Shown here piece by piece: positions 1-12,516 of a DNA stretch of 64,000 nt. The stretch's first letter is position 1. Each line of letters starts with the position of its first letter. The notes under the pieces are model-generated. The model saw only the letters and a list, made by a program, of their open reading frames with translations, did not search any database and was not told the origin of the DNA. The stretch lies in NCBI GenBank assembly GCA_965224825.1, contig CBDDAG010000003.1:969414-1033413 (forward strand), read 5' to 3'. The translations under genes were made by a program, and so were the position numbers. This stretch comes from Gammaproteobacteria bacterium. GTDB taxonomy: Bacteria > Pseudomonadota > Gammaproteobacteria > CAJXQU01.

Positions 1-768
1 GCGCTGCAACACAATTCGATCAATGAATTTAAACGTTTTTATCGTTCTGTTGATGTTTTGCTGATTGATGATATTCAGTTTTTTGCCGGCAAAGAACGCT
101 CCCAGGAAGAGTTTTTTCACACCTTTAATGCTTTGCTGGAAGGTGATCATCAGATTGTTCTAACCTGTGATCGATATCCCAAAGAAGTTTCCGGTGTTGA
201 AGAAAGATTAAAATCCCGTTTTGGCTGGGGCCTGACCGTTGCCATCGATCCACCCGAACTTGAAACAAGAGTTGCGATTCTTAAAAGCAAAGCCGCCATT
301 GAAAATATAGAGTTGCCTGACGATGTGGCATTTCTGATCGGTAAACGCTTTCACTCAAATGTTCGTGAACTGGAAGGCGCTTTACGACGTATCATTGCCT
401 ACGCACACTTTACGGGCAGGCCTGTTAGCCTTGATTTCGCCAAAGAAGCACTCAAAGATCTTCTGGCTTTACAGGATAAAATGGTCACCATTGAAAATAT
501 TCAGAAAACAGTAGCTGAATATTTTAAACTACGGGTTGCTGATCTCAATTCTAAAAGAAGAAACCGATCAATCGCCAGGCCCAGGCAAATTGCTATGGCT
601 TTAGCAAAAAGTATGACCAACCATAGCCTGCCTGAAATTGGCGATGCTTTTGGTGGTAGAGATCACACCACTGTTTTGCATGCGTGCAGAAAAATTGACG
701 AACTTTGTAAAAGTGAGCCGCGTATTAATGAGGATTATACGAATCTGTATAGGATACTTTCGACCTGA
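1..768 (+). CDS. dnaA: Chromosomal replication initiator DnaA, C-terminal part (5' end lies upstream of the window)
   Basis: Frame 1 is open from position 1. AAA+ sensor and domain IV helix-turn-helix signature (…[23 protein letters not shown]…, …[27 protein letters not shown]…). Followed by dnaN-recF-gyrB. Confidence 0.95.
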   Translation, partial: ALQHNSINEFKRFYRSVDVLLIDDIQFFAGKERSQEEFFHTFNALLEGDHQIVLTCDRYPKEVSGVEERLKSRFGWGLTVAIDPPELETRVAILKSKAAIENIELPDDVAFLIGKRFHSNVRELEGALRRIIAYAHFTGRPVSLDFAKEALKDLLALQDKMVTIENIQKTVAEYFKLRVADLNSKRRNRSIARPRQIAMALAKSMTNHSLPEIGDAFGGRDHTTVLHACRKIDELCKSEPRINEDYTNLYRILST

Positions 769-791
769 CTTTTGATATTTAAAATAATACC

Positions 792-869
792 TGTGTATAA
801 CATTGTTGATAAGCCTGTTAAGAAAAATTGTATGCTTTTTTTCATAAACTTATTCAGGTTTTATACACA
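792..869. promoter_or_regulatory. Three near-consensus DnaA boxes (TGTGtATAA 792-800, TGTtGATAA 805-813, TTATaCACA 861-869) in the AT-rich dnaA-dnaN spacer
   Basis: Each is 1 mismatch from TTATCCACA/TGTGGATAA. Located in the 232-bp intergenic region upstream of dnaN. Confidence 0.35.
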
Positions 870-1000
870 GGAAGATCAGAGTATTCCAGACCGGTTTTAA
901 GAACACTTACCAACAAGACAAGTATTTGATTTATAATTGATTTATTGACTTACTAACCGTTATTATTGGTGCTAATAATAACAATAACAAGATATATAAT

Positions 1001-2101
1001 ATGAAAATCTTAATAAATAAAGAAGCTCTCATAGAACCACTTTTAGCGATCAGTGGCGTTGTTGAACGTAGACAAACTTTGCCAATCCTCTCAAACATTC
1101 TTATACATGTTGAAGAAGAGATAATCAGGTTAACGGCAACAGATATGGAAGTTGAGTCCTGTTTTATTATTCAGCACAAATCGAGTGAAACAGGAAAAAC
1201 AACCGTACCTGCCAGAAAATTTCTGGATATTGTGAAAGCGCTGCCTGATAATTCAGATATTGAATTAAATTTTGAAAATGAAAAAGTAAGGATCTTGTGC
1301 GGCAAAAGTAAATTCACTTTAAGCACCATGCCTGCGGATGATTTTCCTTCCATCGAAAACCTTGATGAAATAGTTAGTTTAAATTTGCCAGAAAAAACAA
1401 TAAAAAAATTACTGGAAAATACACAGTTTGCAATGGCACATCAGGATGTCAGATATTATTTAAATGGTTTATTGATCGAACTGGATGGACAGAATATTAG
1501 AGCTGTTGCTACTGATGGTCATCGCCTGGCACTTTCGGAAACTGTATTTTCAACGGGTGTTTCAGATCTGTTACAAATAATAGTTCCACGAAAAGGGGTT
1601 CTTGAGATTAGTCGTCTACTAGGTGATAGCGAAACAGAAGTCGAATTAGTGATCAGCAAGAATCATTTGCGACTCGTCACAGAAAACCAGTCGTTAACAA
1701 CAAAACTCATTGATGGGAAGTTTCCTGACTACGATCGGGTTATTCCTCAGGATAGTAATAAAAAAGTTTATGCTGATCGGGAAAAGCTCCGCAGCGGCAT
1801 GGCCAGGACATCGATTCTCTCAAACGAAAAATTCAGAGGAATTAGGATGGTGCTGGAAGAAGGGAAGGTAATTGCATCAGCTAATAATCCGGAACAGGAA
1901 ACAGCAGAAGAAGAAATTGAAGTCATGTATTCAGGCGAATCAATGGAAATAGGTTTTAATGTTTCTTATTTGCTGGACGCGCTTAATATTATTAAATCTG
2001 ATCAGGTTTTACTTGAGTTGAAAGATTCAGATAGCAGTTGTTTGATCACTTCATCGGAAGATACGGATAGTCGTTATGTAATCATGCCAATGCGTTTGTA
2101 A
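1001..2101 (+). CDS. dnaN: DNA polymerase III beta sliding clamp
   Basis: 366 aa with a three-domain clamp pattern. C-terminal …MPMRL. Position after dnaA. Confidence 0.95.
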   Translation: MKILINKEALIEPLLAISGVVERRQTLPILSNILIHVEEEIIRLTATDMEVESCFIIQHKSSETGKTTVPARKFLDIVKALPDNSDIELNFENEKVRILCGKSKFTLSTMPADDFPSIENLDEIVSLNLPEKTIKKLLENTQFAMAHQDVRYYLNGLLIELDGQNIRAVATDGHRLALSETVFSTGVSDLLQIIVPRKGVLEISRLLGDSETEVELVISKNHLRLVTENQSLTTKLIDGKFPDYDRVIPQDSNKKVYADREKLRSGMARTSILSNEKFRGIRMVLEEGKVIASANNPEQETAEEEIEVMYSGESMEIGFNVSYLLDALNIIKSDQVLLELKDSDSSCLITSSEDTDSRYVIMPMRL

Positions 2102-2110
2102 GCAGAAAAA

Positions 2111-3181
2111 GTGGCAATAGAAAAACTGCAAATTAGAGATCTGAGAAATATAGAAAAAGCGGAGCTGAATACAGAACCGGGCATTAATATAATCACTGGT
2201 GAGAATGCCAGCGGGAAAAGCAGCCTGTTAGAAGCAATACATCTTCTTTTATTATCAAAATCGTTTAGAAGTACTAAAGCAGATGTTGTGATTAGGCATA
2301 ATCAGGAAAAATGTCAGATAGTTTCCAGGATAAGAAAAAACCAGCAGACACAAACGTTAGGGATAGAAAAGAACAGGAAACAGACAATCATCAAATACGC
2401 TGGAGAAAAGTTAGCCAGCGCAGCACAACTCGCAAAGATCCAGCCGGTAGTATTGATAACACCAGAAAGCCATCAGCTGATCCTTGGAGGGCCGGCGAAA
2501 AGAAGAGCGCTGATCGACTGGTTATTGTTCCACGTGGAACAAAGTTATTATAAAAACTGGCAAACCTATAATAAAGTCCTGAAACAAAGAAATGCAATTC
2601 TTAGGAAAAGAAGGTTTTGTGAGGAATTGTTGGTTTGGGATGAGAAGCTAGTACAAACAGGAAAGCTTCTTGATCAGCAGAGAAAAGATGTTGTTGAGAA
2701 GTTAGTTATAAAGCTTCAAAAGAAAACATCCGTATTTTGTGCGTTTCCTGTTGAACTGGAATATGAATGTGGATGGGGTGATCAAGATCTTGGTGAGGTG
2801 ATCGAAAAAGGGAGAGAACAGGATCTTTCCGTCGGTTATACAAGAAAAGGCCCTCACCGCTCGGATCTCACAATAAAAACAAACGGACAGCAAGCAGCAC
2901 AGGTTTTGTCACGCGGGCAAACAAAAATACTTTCAGCGGCACTGGAAATGGCAAAGATATCTTTGCTAAAAGAAGAAACAGGTAAGACAGCCATCATTCT
3001 TGTTGACGATCTGGCAGCAGAGCTCGATCAGGAAAGAAAAGAGAAAATAGCCGACATGCTGATTTCAATGGACACACAGCAGTTTATCACCGCAACAGAG
3101 CAGAAGTTGTTACCCGAAAAACTGATCAGCGAAACAAAGATGTTCCACGTGGAACAGGGTTGCTTTAAAGAAGTGCTATAA
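2111..3181 (+). CDS. recF: DNA replication/repair protein RecF
   Basis: N-terminal Walker A (GENASGKSSLLEA) and SMC-like signature. dnaN-recF-gyrB synteny. Confidence 0.9.
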   Translation: MAIEKLQIRDLRNIEKAELNTEPGINIITGENASGKSSLLEAIHLLLLSKSFRSTKADVVIRHNQEKCQIVSRIRKNQQTQTLGIEKNRKQTIIKYAGEKLASAAQLAKIQPVVLITPESHQLILGGPAKRRALIDWLLFHVEQSYYKNWQTYNKVLKQRNAILRKRRFCEELLVWDEKLVQTGKLLDQQRKDVVEKLVIKLQKKTSVFCAFPVELEYECGWGDQDLGEVIEKGREQDLSVGYTRKGPHRSDLTIKTNGQQAAQVLSRGQTKILSAALEMAKISLLKEETGKTAIILVDDLAAELDQERKEKIADMLISMDTQQFITATEQKLLPEKLISETKMFHVEQGCFKEVL

Positions 3182-3218
3182 TGCCGCAATAAATAAAAAC
3201 ACCAGAATAAACACCTGA

Positions 3219-5684
<2,466 letters not shown>

Positions 5685-5693
5685 CCAAAACAC

Positions 5694-5801
5694 CGTCATT
5701 CCGGTAAGTTAGTTTACCCAGTCTGGCTGAGAACAAGCTTGAGCCGGAATCCATGGTTAAGGTTAAGCGCTAGATTCCCGCTAAAACCTGTGGGAATGAC
5801 G
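5694..5801. repeat. Intergenic palindromic element: 9-bp IR CGTCATTCC/GGAATGACG flanking about 90 bp with a nested CCGG/GGAAT stem
   Basis: Read directly in sequence between convergent gyrB and comF. Same CGTCATTCC core as the element at 53929-54011. Confidence 0.5.
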
Positions 5802-5810
5802 AGAGCAGTT

Positions 5811-6554
5811 TTAATCAGATATCGTACGAGCACAAGCCCAGACTTCGATCGTTTCTGCACCAGCCTGTTGAAGAACTCTGGCCAACTCATTAACTGTGCT
5901 ACCCGTTGTTACAACATCATCCAGAATAGCGACATGTTTTGCCGAGAACTTGCTGCTGACAGAAAAAGCATTCCGGATATTCTTCTTTCGCTTACTTTTG
6001 TTGAACCCTGTTTGTTGTAATGTGTTCCTGATCCTGCGGCAGGATTTTAGATCGATCGGGATATTTAATTCTGTCGAAATATTTTTTGCGATCAGGGCAG
6101 ACTGATTAAAACCACGCTTCATTAATCGAAACGGATGAAGCGGTACAGGAATAATAACTTCGGGAAGGGGCCTGCTTTCCTGTCTAATTTTATCCAGAAC
6201 GGACTGTGATAATATTTCAGAAAATAGTAGTTTATCGTTATATTTCAATTGTTTAATAAGTTCTGTGATCGGGAAGGTGTATTCAAGAGGAATGACACTT
6301 TTCTGATAAAAGGGCTTTGTTTGTAAACAGGAGCCACACATGCCAGCAGAGTCTTTAGCCGAAAGAGTCACACTACAAACAGAACAGGGAGTTGTTATGA
6401 CGGGTAGATCAGAAAGGCACGGCTCGCAGATTAGGCTCTGGCTAGAGCCACCACAAACCTCGCCACATAAAACACAAAAACTCTCAGGTGTTATAGAAGG
6501 CAATACCCTTCTGTAAACTTGCCTGATAGAATCAAGCGAACTCATATATTTCAT
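5811..6554 (-). CDS. comF: ComF-family phosphoribosyltransferase (competence protein F homologue)
   Basis: N-terminal 4-Cys zinc ribbon. C-terminal PRTase motif …VAILDDVVTTGSTVNELA…. Confidence 0.7.
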   Translation of the reverse strand: MKYMSSLDSIRQVYRRVLPSITPESFCVLCGEVCGGSSQSLICEPCLSDLPVITTPCSVCSVTLSAKDSAGMCGSCLQTKPFYQKSVIPLEYTFPITELIKQLKYNDKLLFSEILSQSVLDKIRQESRPLPEVIIPVPLHPFRLMKRGFNQSALIAKNISTELNIPIDLKSCRRIRNTLQQTGFNKSKRKKNIRNAFSVSSKFSAKHVAILDDVVTTGSTVNELARVLQQAGAETIEVWACARTISD

Positions 6555-6599
6555 CCCTGAATATTTTCAATAAAGTACGACAAGAGAATAAGGTACAGC

Positions 6600-7580
6600 A
6601 TGTCAGCACAGGAAAAAGTAAAAAATAATAATATTATCGATCAAGTCCGGAGTAACTGGACGCGGGAAGAGGTTGCAGCGCTTTTCGATCAATCACTCTT
6701 TGAAACGCTTTTTCAGGCACAAACATTACATCGACAATATTTTAATGCCAACGAAATCCAGTTGAGCACCTTGTTGAATATAAAAACAGGCGGTTGCGAA
6801 GAAGACTGCGCCTACTGTCCGCAAAGCATCAAATACAACACCGATGTAGAACCAGAAAAACTCATGGATCTGGAAGCCGTAAAAATGGCAGCACAGGCAG
6901 CAAAAGAAAAAGGTGCCAGTCGATTTTGCATGGGTGCGGCATGGCGCGAGTTAAAAGATCGCGATCTGCCAAAAGTTACTGCAATGATCAAAGAAGTAAA
7001 GGATCTGGGTCTGGAGAGTTGCGTCACGCTGGGAATGATCACCGCAAACCAGGCCAGCACAATGAAAGAAGCAGGTCTCGATTATTACAACCATAATCTT
7101 GATACATCAGAATCCTATTACGAAAACATAATTAGCACACGAAGCTATCAGGATCGGATCGACACACTTCAAAACGTCAGAGATGCAGGGATCAATGTCT
7201 GCTGTGGCGGAATTGTCGGCATGGGCGAAAAAGAAGAAGATCGCGTTGATTTGTTGCTATCTTTGGCAAACATGTCCAAACATCCGGAAAGTGTCCCGAT
7301 CAACGTGTTGGTAAAAGCAACCGGAACACCGCTGGAAAATGAACAGGATATTGATCCTTTTGATGTCGTCAAGATCATCGCGGTTGCCAGAATCATGATG
7401 CCAGCGTCTATGCTCCGACTTTCGGCTGGAAGGACAGAAATGAATGACGAACATCAGGTTCTTTGTTTTATGGCTGGCGCAAACTCAATTTTCTACGGCG
7501 AAAAATTACTCACAACCAGTAATCCCCAGCATCAGCGTGATCAGGCATTATTACAACGTGTTGGGATGACGCCTTCATAG
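6600..7580 (+). CDS. bioB: Biotin synthase
   Basis: Radical-SAM CxxxCxxC (…[13 protein letters not shown]…) and full-length BioB pattern. Confidence 0.95.
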   Translation: MSAQEKVKNNNIIDQVRSNWTREEVAALFDQSLFETLFQAQTLHRQYFNANEIQLSTLLNIKTGGCEEDCAYCPQSIKYNTDVEPEKLMDLEAVKMAAQAAKEKGASRFCMGAAWRELKDRDLPKVTAMIKEVKDLGLESCVTLGMITANQASTMKEAGLDYYNHNLDTSESYYENIISTRSYQDRIDTLQNVRDAGINVCCGGIVGMGEKEEDRVDLLLSLANMSKHPESVPINVLVKATGTPLENEQDIDPFDVVKIIAVARIMMPASMLRLSAGRTEMNDEHQVLCFMAGANSIFYGEKLLTTSNPQHQRDQALLQRVGMTPS

Positions 7581-7606
7581 GTGTTTCTCTCTCTAGTACG
7601 ATAGCT

Positions 7607-8029
7607 ATGCTCAAAAAAACGATAAAGTACATTTCCCATCTGATAGCTTACTACTTGCTGAAAGTATTCACAGGAATTGTATTTACCATGTCACACGTAC
7701 CGTTATTTCAAGGTTTTTGGAAGCAATTGTATTCCGCAACATTGTTTGGAAAAGGCTTCGGACACTATTTTAGAAAGGAATATGCAGCAGCAGAACAAGC
7801 ATATAAAAAAGCACTCACTTATTATGAGAATAATGATCTAAAAAAGGACTATGATATTCATGCTGAAACCGCATATGAACACATGGGGCATATATACGAA
7901 GAAGGTTTAGGTGTTGAACAAGATGAATTGCAAGCAGAAGAATATTTTCTAAGAGCCGGAACACGAGGAAATAGTGTTTATGAGCACGAACTTGCGACAC
8001 GTTCCTTTAATGAAAAATACCGAAAGTAA
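7607..8029 (+). CDS. Small Sel1-like repeat protein with N-terminal hydrophobic segment
   Basis: …HMGHIYEEGLGVEQDELQAEEYFLRAG… matches the Sel1/TPR-like repeat. Embedded between bioB and bioF. Confidence 0.5.
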   Translation: MLKKTIKYISHLIAYYLLKVFTGIVFTMSHVPLFQGFWKQLYSATLFGKGFGHYFRKEYAAAEQAYKKALTYYENNDLKKDYDIHAETAYEHMGHIYEEGLGVEQDELQAEEYFLRAGTRGNSVYEHELATRSFNEKYRK

Positions 8030-8035
8030 GTAGAA

Positions 8036-9202
8036 ATGTCATTGGAAGACAAATTAGAGAAAAACCTGCAACAAAAGCACAAAGAAAACCTATATCGAGT
8101 TCGATCTATCAGACAAAAAACACAGGGTGCAACTATTCAGATCAATGATCGACAATATCTGAATTTTTGTAGCAACGATTATTTAGGTCTGGCCAATCAC
8201 CCCGAAATTATTTCAGCAGCAAAATCAGCGTTTGATGAATATGGCGTTGGCAGCGGTGCTTCGGCTCTGGTTACTGGCCATACAAAGATCCACCAACAAC
8301 TTGAAGAAGAGTTAGCAGTATTTACAGATCGCAGCAAAGCTTTACTCTTTCCAGGTGGTTTCGCAGCAAATGTCGGCATAATAAGCGCATTAGCTGATAA
8401 GGACGATACTTTGATCATGGATAAGTTGTGTCATGCCTCTTTAATTGATGGCGCACGATTATCGGATGCAAAATTACAGCGTTATCGTCATCTTGATGCT
8501 GAAAGTCTTGAGCAGAGGGTAGAAAAAGCAGATCAGGATTCATGGGTAATCACAGAAAGTCTTTTCAGTATGGACGGGGATTCTGCGCCGCTTGAAGAAA
8601 TTTCAGCGATTTGCCAGAAGAGTTCAGCCAATTGTTATGTAGATGATGCACACGGTTTTGGTATTTATGGTGAAAATGGTGCCGGAAGTGTGAAAGCGGC
8701 AAATTTATCGGAACAAGAAGTTCCTGTTTTAGTCGCCACTTTTGGAAAAGCCTTTGGGGTCTCCGGTGCATTTGTTGCCGGATCAGAAGCGCTGATCGAA
8801 ACTCTGATCCAAAGCGCGCGATCCTATATTTACACAACCGCCATGCCCCCTGCCCTTGCCGCCGCAGTATTGAAATCTCTGGATCTGGTTAAAACTGAAA
8901 ATTGGCGACGGGAAAAACTGTTTGATCTGGTTCAGCAATTCAGGGAAAAAGCAGCCGAGCGAGGAATTCCGTTATCAGAAAATGCCCACGGCCCAATCCA
9001 GCCAGTGGTTATTGGTGATAGCAACAAAGCGATGAAGATCAGCAAACAACTGGCAGACAAAGGCATAAAAATATCAGCGATACGCCCGCCAACTGTTCCG
9101 AAAGATACTGCAAGATTACGCATCACCTTTTCGGCCGCGCACGAAGAAGAACATATAGACTCTCTGGTTCTCGCATTAAGTGAAGTATTGAAACTTGGAT
9201 AA
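8036..9202 (+). CDS. bioF: 8-amino-7-oxononanoate synthase
   Basis: PLP-dependent alpha-oxoamine synthase pattern. Lysine motif region …TFGKAFGVSGAFVAGS…. Confidence 0.9.
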   Translation: MSLEDKLEKNLQQKHKENLYRVRSIRQKTQGATIQINDRQYLNFCSNDYLGLANHPEIISAAKSAFDEYGVGSGASALVTGHTKIHQQLEEELAVFTDRSKALLFPGGFAANVGIISALADKDDTLIMDKLCHASLIDGARLSDAKLQRYRHLDAESLEQRVEKADQDSWVITESLFSMDGDSAPLEEISAICQKSSANCYVDDAHGFGIYGENGAGSVKAANLSEQEVPVLVATFGKAFGVSGAFVAGSEALIETLIQSARSYIYTTAMPPALAAAVLKSLDLVKTENWRREKLFDLVQQFREKAAERGIPLSENAHGPIQPVVIGDSNKAMKISKQLADKGIKISAIRPPTVPKDTARLRITFSAAHEEEHIDSLVLALSEVLKLG

Positions 9203-9935
9203 TCACGAACGCCCTCTTCTGGTGATGATCCACGGTTGGGGTTTTGACTCTGGTGTCTTCACAAGCCTGATCGAAATTATGGAAAATAGATTTCGTATCC
9301 AGGCAATTGATTTGCCTGGTTATGGTGATCAGAGCTTAGTTGGTAAGTCTTCACTTTCTGGTCTGGCAAAGTTTGTTATGGATCAGGTTTCAGAACCAGC
9401 AATTTATCTTGGTTGGTCAATGGGCGGTTTGATCGCACTGGAACTGGCGAAAAACCATCCGGAAAAAATAAAAAGCCTGATCCTTATGACAACAACGCCC
9501 TGTTTCGCAAAGAAAGAAAACTGGTCTCATGCAATGGATCGCAGCATTCTTGAAAACTTCGTTTCGGCATATAATAAAGAACCTGAGCTGACATTAGACA
9601 AGTTCAGCTATCTTGCTTCTGAGGGTAGTAAAAATCCACGAAACTGGATCAGAGAATTGAAAAAACTTTCGACAGCAAAAGTTGATCCGCTGGCGCTTGA
9701 ACAAGGATTACAGATTTTGTTGAATTCTGACTTGAGAGAAAATATCAAAGATCTGCAAATCTCGACGTTGATGATTTTCGGAGAAAAAGATTCACTGGTT
9801 CCTGTTGGTGTAGAAAAGGAGATCGGTTTGTTAAATGAAGCGATCAGAACAAAAATAATTAAAGGATCAGGACATACGCCATTTTTGACAGATACAGAAC
9901 TGGTTGCAGAAACCATCATTGATCACACTTTATGA
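9195..9935 (+). CDS. bioH: Pimeloyl-ACP methyl ester carboxylesterase
   Basis: Alpha/beta hydrolase with …LVMIHGWGFDSGVF… and nucleophile elbow GWSMGG. Very close to the E. coli BioH pattern. Confidence 0.85.
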   Translation: MDNHERPLLVMIHGWGFDSGVFTSLIEIMENRFRIQAIDLPGYGDQSLVGKSSLSGLAKFVMDQVSEPAIYLGWSMGGLIALELAKNHPEKIKSLILMTTTPCFAKKENWSHAMDRSILENFVSAYNKEPELTLDKFSYLASEGSKNPRNWIRELKKLSTAKVDPLALEQGLQILLNSDLRENIKDLQISTLMIFGEKDSLVPVGVEKEIGLLNEAIRTKIIKGSGHTPFLTDTELVAETIIDHTL

Positions 9936-10801
9936 ACACGCCTCTCGATAAACGAAAAGTCGCAAAATCCTTCAGTCGTGCCGCTTCGACTTATGAGGAT
10001 GTTGCGGTTGTACAACAGGCTGTTTTGGCAGAGCATCTTGATCGCTTGTCATTTGCAAAAATAGAACCGGAAAGAATTCTTGATCTTGGATCAGGTACAG
10101 GAACCGGCGCACAGGAATTATCGAAAAAGTATAAAAAAAGTCGTGTGATCGCGATGGATATTGCGCAGGGAATGTTACTGGAACATCGTAAAAAATTACT
10201 ACGATTTAGAAACAGGACAGATCTGATCTGTGCTGATCTCGATCATTTGCCACTAGAAGATAATTCGATTGATCTGGTTTTTTCTAATCTGGCTGTCCAG
10301 TGGAGTAATGATCTTCATCAGGTGATCAAAGAATTCCGACGTGTTTTACGAACCGGCGGTTTGTTAAGTTTTACCACTGTTGGGCCAGATACTTTGAGAG
10401 AATTGCGTGATGCTTGGAATAGTATTGGATCGGACGATCATGTGCATGATTTTCTCGATATGCACGAAATTGGCGATGCTCTGATCAGTAATGGTTTTGG
10501 TGCGCCGGTGCTGGATGTGGATCGTTATACGCTGACTTATCCGGATGTTAAATCTTTGTTCAGCGATTTGAAAAAACTGGGGGCGACGAATGCTTCTAAT
10601 GAACGTTCTAAGGGAATGATGGGGCGGGAAACGATCAGAAAACTTGAAATGGCCTATGAAAAACAACGCCATGAAGGTAAGTTATCGCTTACTTACGAAA
10701 TTGTTTATGCTCACGCATGGATCCCCGCTGAAGATATGCGACTGCAAGACGGTAGTACCGTTGCCCATTTTCCTGTTTCGGAATTAAAACGACGATCATG
10801 A
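9932..10801 (+). CDS. bioC: Malonyl-ACP O-methyltransferase
   Basis: Class I SAM methyltransferase. N-terminal …KVAKSFSRAASTYEDVAVVQ… is typical of BioC. Overlaps bioH and bioD by 4 nt. Confidence 0.85.
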   Translation: MNTPLDKRKVAKSFSRAASTYEDVAVVQQAVLAEHLDRLSFAKIEPERILDLGSGTGTGAQELSKKYKKSRVIAMDIAQGMLLEHRKKLLRFRNRTDLICADLDHLPLEDNSIDLVFSNLAVQWSNDLHQVIKEFRRVLRTGGLLSFTTVGPDTLRELRDAWNSIGSDDHVHDFLDMHEIGDALISNGFGAPVLDVDRYTLTYPDVKSLFSDLKKLGATNASNERSKGMMGRETIRKLEMAYEKQRHEGKLSLTYEIVYAHAWIPAEDMRLQDGSTVAHFPVSELKRRS

Positions 10802-11487
10802 GTAGAGGGTACTTCGTAACCGGAACAGATACAGGTGTTGGCAAGACTCTGGTGACAGCGGGTTTGATCAGGCTTTTTGCAGAAGACGGAATTAAAGTTG
10901 CCGGAATGAAACCAGTTGCTAGTGGTTGTGAAGTCACGGATCAAGGTCTGCGGAATGAAGATGCGATTCTGATTATGCAGGAATCAAATGTGGCTCTGGA
11001 TTATGAGTTGATCAATCCTTACGCTTTTGAACCACCGGTTTCTCCACATTTTGCTTCTGGCGAAAGTGATCAGAAAATTAAGCTTGATCACATTGTTGAA
11101 AAGTTTACGGCGATTTCTAAGAAAGCTGATCTGGTAATCGTTGAAGGAGTTGGCGGTTGGCAAGTTCCTTTAGGCGACGATCTAAATATGTCAGATCTGG
11201 CAGAAAAATTAAACCTTCCGGTTATACTCGTTGTTGGTTTGAGGTTGGGTTGTATCAATCACGCACTTTTAACCGCCAATGCGATTCGTCAAAAAGGATT
11301 GTCTCTGATCGCCTGCGTTGCCAGTCAGATTGATCCCGAATATCAGCGGCTGAACGAGACACTGGAAACATTAGAAAAAAGACTAGGAATTCCCGTTCAA
11401 TTAATCCCACAAATCGAGAATGCAAAACCAGAGCAAATTACACAATATTTAGAAGAGACAAAAAATCAAATAAATGAAAACATTTAA
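10798..11487 (+). CDS. bioD: Dethiobiotin synthetase
   Basis: P-loop …VTGTDTGVGKT… and DTB synthetase length. Confidence 0.9.
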   Translation: MSRGYFVTGTDTGVGKTLVTAGLIRLFAEDGIKVAGMKPVASGCEVTDQGLRNEDAILIMQESNVALDYELINPYAFEPPVSPHFASGESDQKIKLDHIVEKFTAISKKADLVIVEGVGGWQVPLGDDLNMSDLAEKLNLPVILVVGLRLGCINHALLTANAIRQKGLSLIACVASQIDPEYQRLNETLETLEKRLGIPVQLIPQIENAKPEQITQYLEETKNQINENI

Positions 11488-12487
11488 CTCCCTCGCCCGA
11501 CTTACTTTAATTCTTACACTCTGCGTTATCGTGCTCGGCGCTTACGTTCGGCTTTCCGATGCCGGTCTTGGTTGTCCCGACTGGCCCGGTTGTTATGGCG
11601 AACTGATCGTGCCGGAAACCAGCGAACAGATCGGTGATGATTTCCGTCATGGAGAGAGCAATGAACTGCAGAGAAAACTGGAACCAGAAAAAGCCTGGAA
11701 AGAAATGACACATCGATACCTGGCGAGCACACTTGGGTTCCTGATTTTGATATTAGCCTTTCTGGCATTCAAAAATAGACACGATCCCGATCAGCCACTG
11801 ATCACGCCTTTTGTTCTTGTTGGGCTGGTAATCTTTCAGGGTCTGTTGGGCATGTGGACAGTAACTCTGTTATTAAAGCCGGTCGTAGTAACCGCTCACT
11901 TACTGGGAGGAATGACGACACTGGTTTTTCTCGCATGGCTGGTTATGGCAACACGAGAGAAAAAAGTTATTCCGGTCATACACAAAGAAAACCGACTACT
12001 TTTACCATTAGCGATTTTTGCGTTTATTGTTCTTTTCGTACAGATTTTCCTCGGCGGCTGGACCAGCAGTAATTACGCTGCTTTGATATGTCCGGACTTT
12101 CCAACCTGCCAGAATCACTGGTGGCCAGCGATGAATTTCAAAGAAGGTTTTACCCTCTGGCGAGGATTGGGAATTGATTATGAATACGGTATTTTGAAAG
12201 CGGACGCCAGAACTGCGATCCACATGACACACCGAATAGGTGCGTTAGTGACGTTTGTGACGATAAGCCTTCTCGTTATTATCGCTCTAAGAAGTCAGCT
12301 CAGCTCGATCCGAAAAGCAGCGCTTTTGGTCGCCTTTTTTCTGATGCTCCAGGTGACGTTAGGCATAGCAAATATCGTTAAGGGTTTGCCGCTTTATATC
12401 GCTGTTGCACATAATGGTGTTGCCGCTTTGTTATTGTTGAGCCTGACAATTTTGTTGTATACCGTACAAAGGTCAAGAAGATCATAG
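11474..12487 (+). CDS. ctaA: Heme A synthase (COX15/CtaA type 2)
   Basis: Polytopic membrane protein with …GLGCPDWPGCYG… motif. Confidence 0.8.
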   Translation: MKTFNSLARLTLILTLCVIVLGAYVRLSDAGLGCPDWPGCYGELIVPETSEQIGDDFRHGESNELQRKLEPEKAWKEMTHRYLASTLGFLILILAFLAFKNRHDPDQPLITPFVLVGLVIFQGLLGMWTVTLLLKPVVVTAHLLGGMTTLVFLAWLVMATREKKVIPVIHKENRLLLPLAIFAFIVLFVQIFLGGWTSSNYAALICPDFPTCQNHWWPAMNFKEGFTLWRGLGIDYEYGILKADARTAIHMTHRIGALVTFVTISLLVIIALRSQLSSIRKAALLVAFFLMLQVTLGIANIVKGLPLYIAVAHNGVAALLLLSLTILLYTVQRSRRS

Positions 12488-12516
12488 ATGGGAAATGTAT
12501 TTGATCAGAGAAAAGA

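Noticed and set aside
6794-7096. R/S/K-rich 100-aa plus-strand ORF
   Set aside because: Alternative frame inside bioB, which is strongly supported. Its composition is typical of an out-of-frame artefact.
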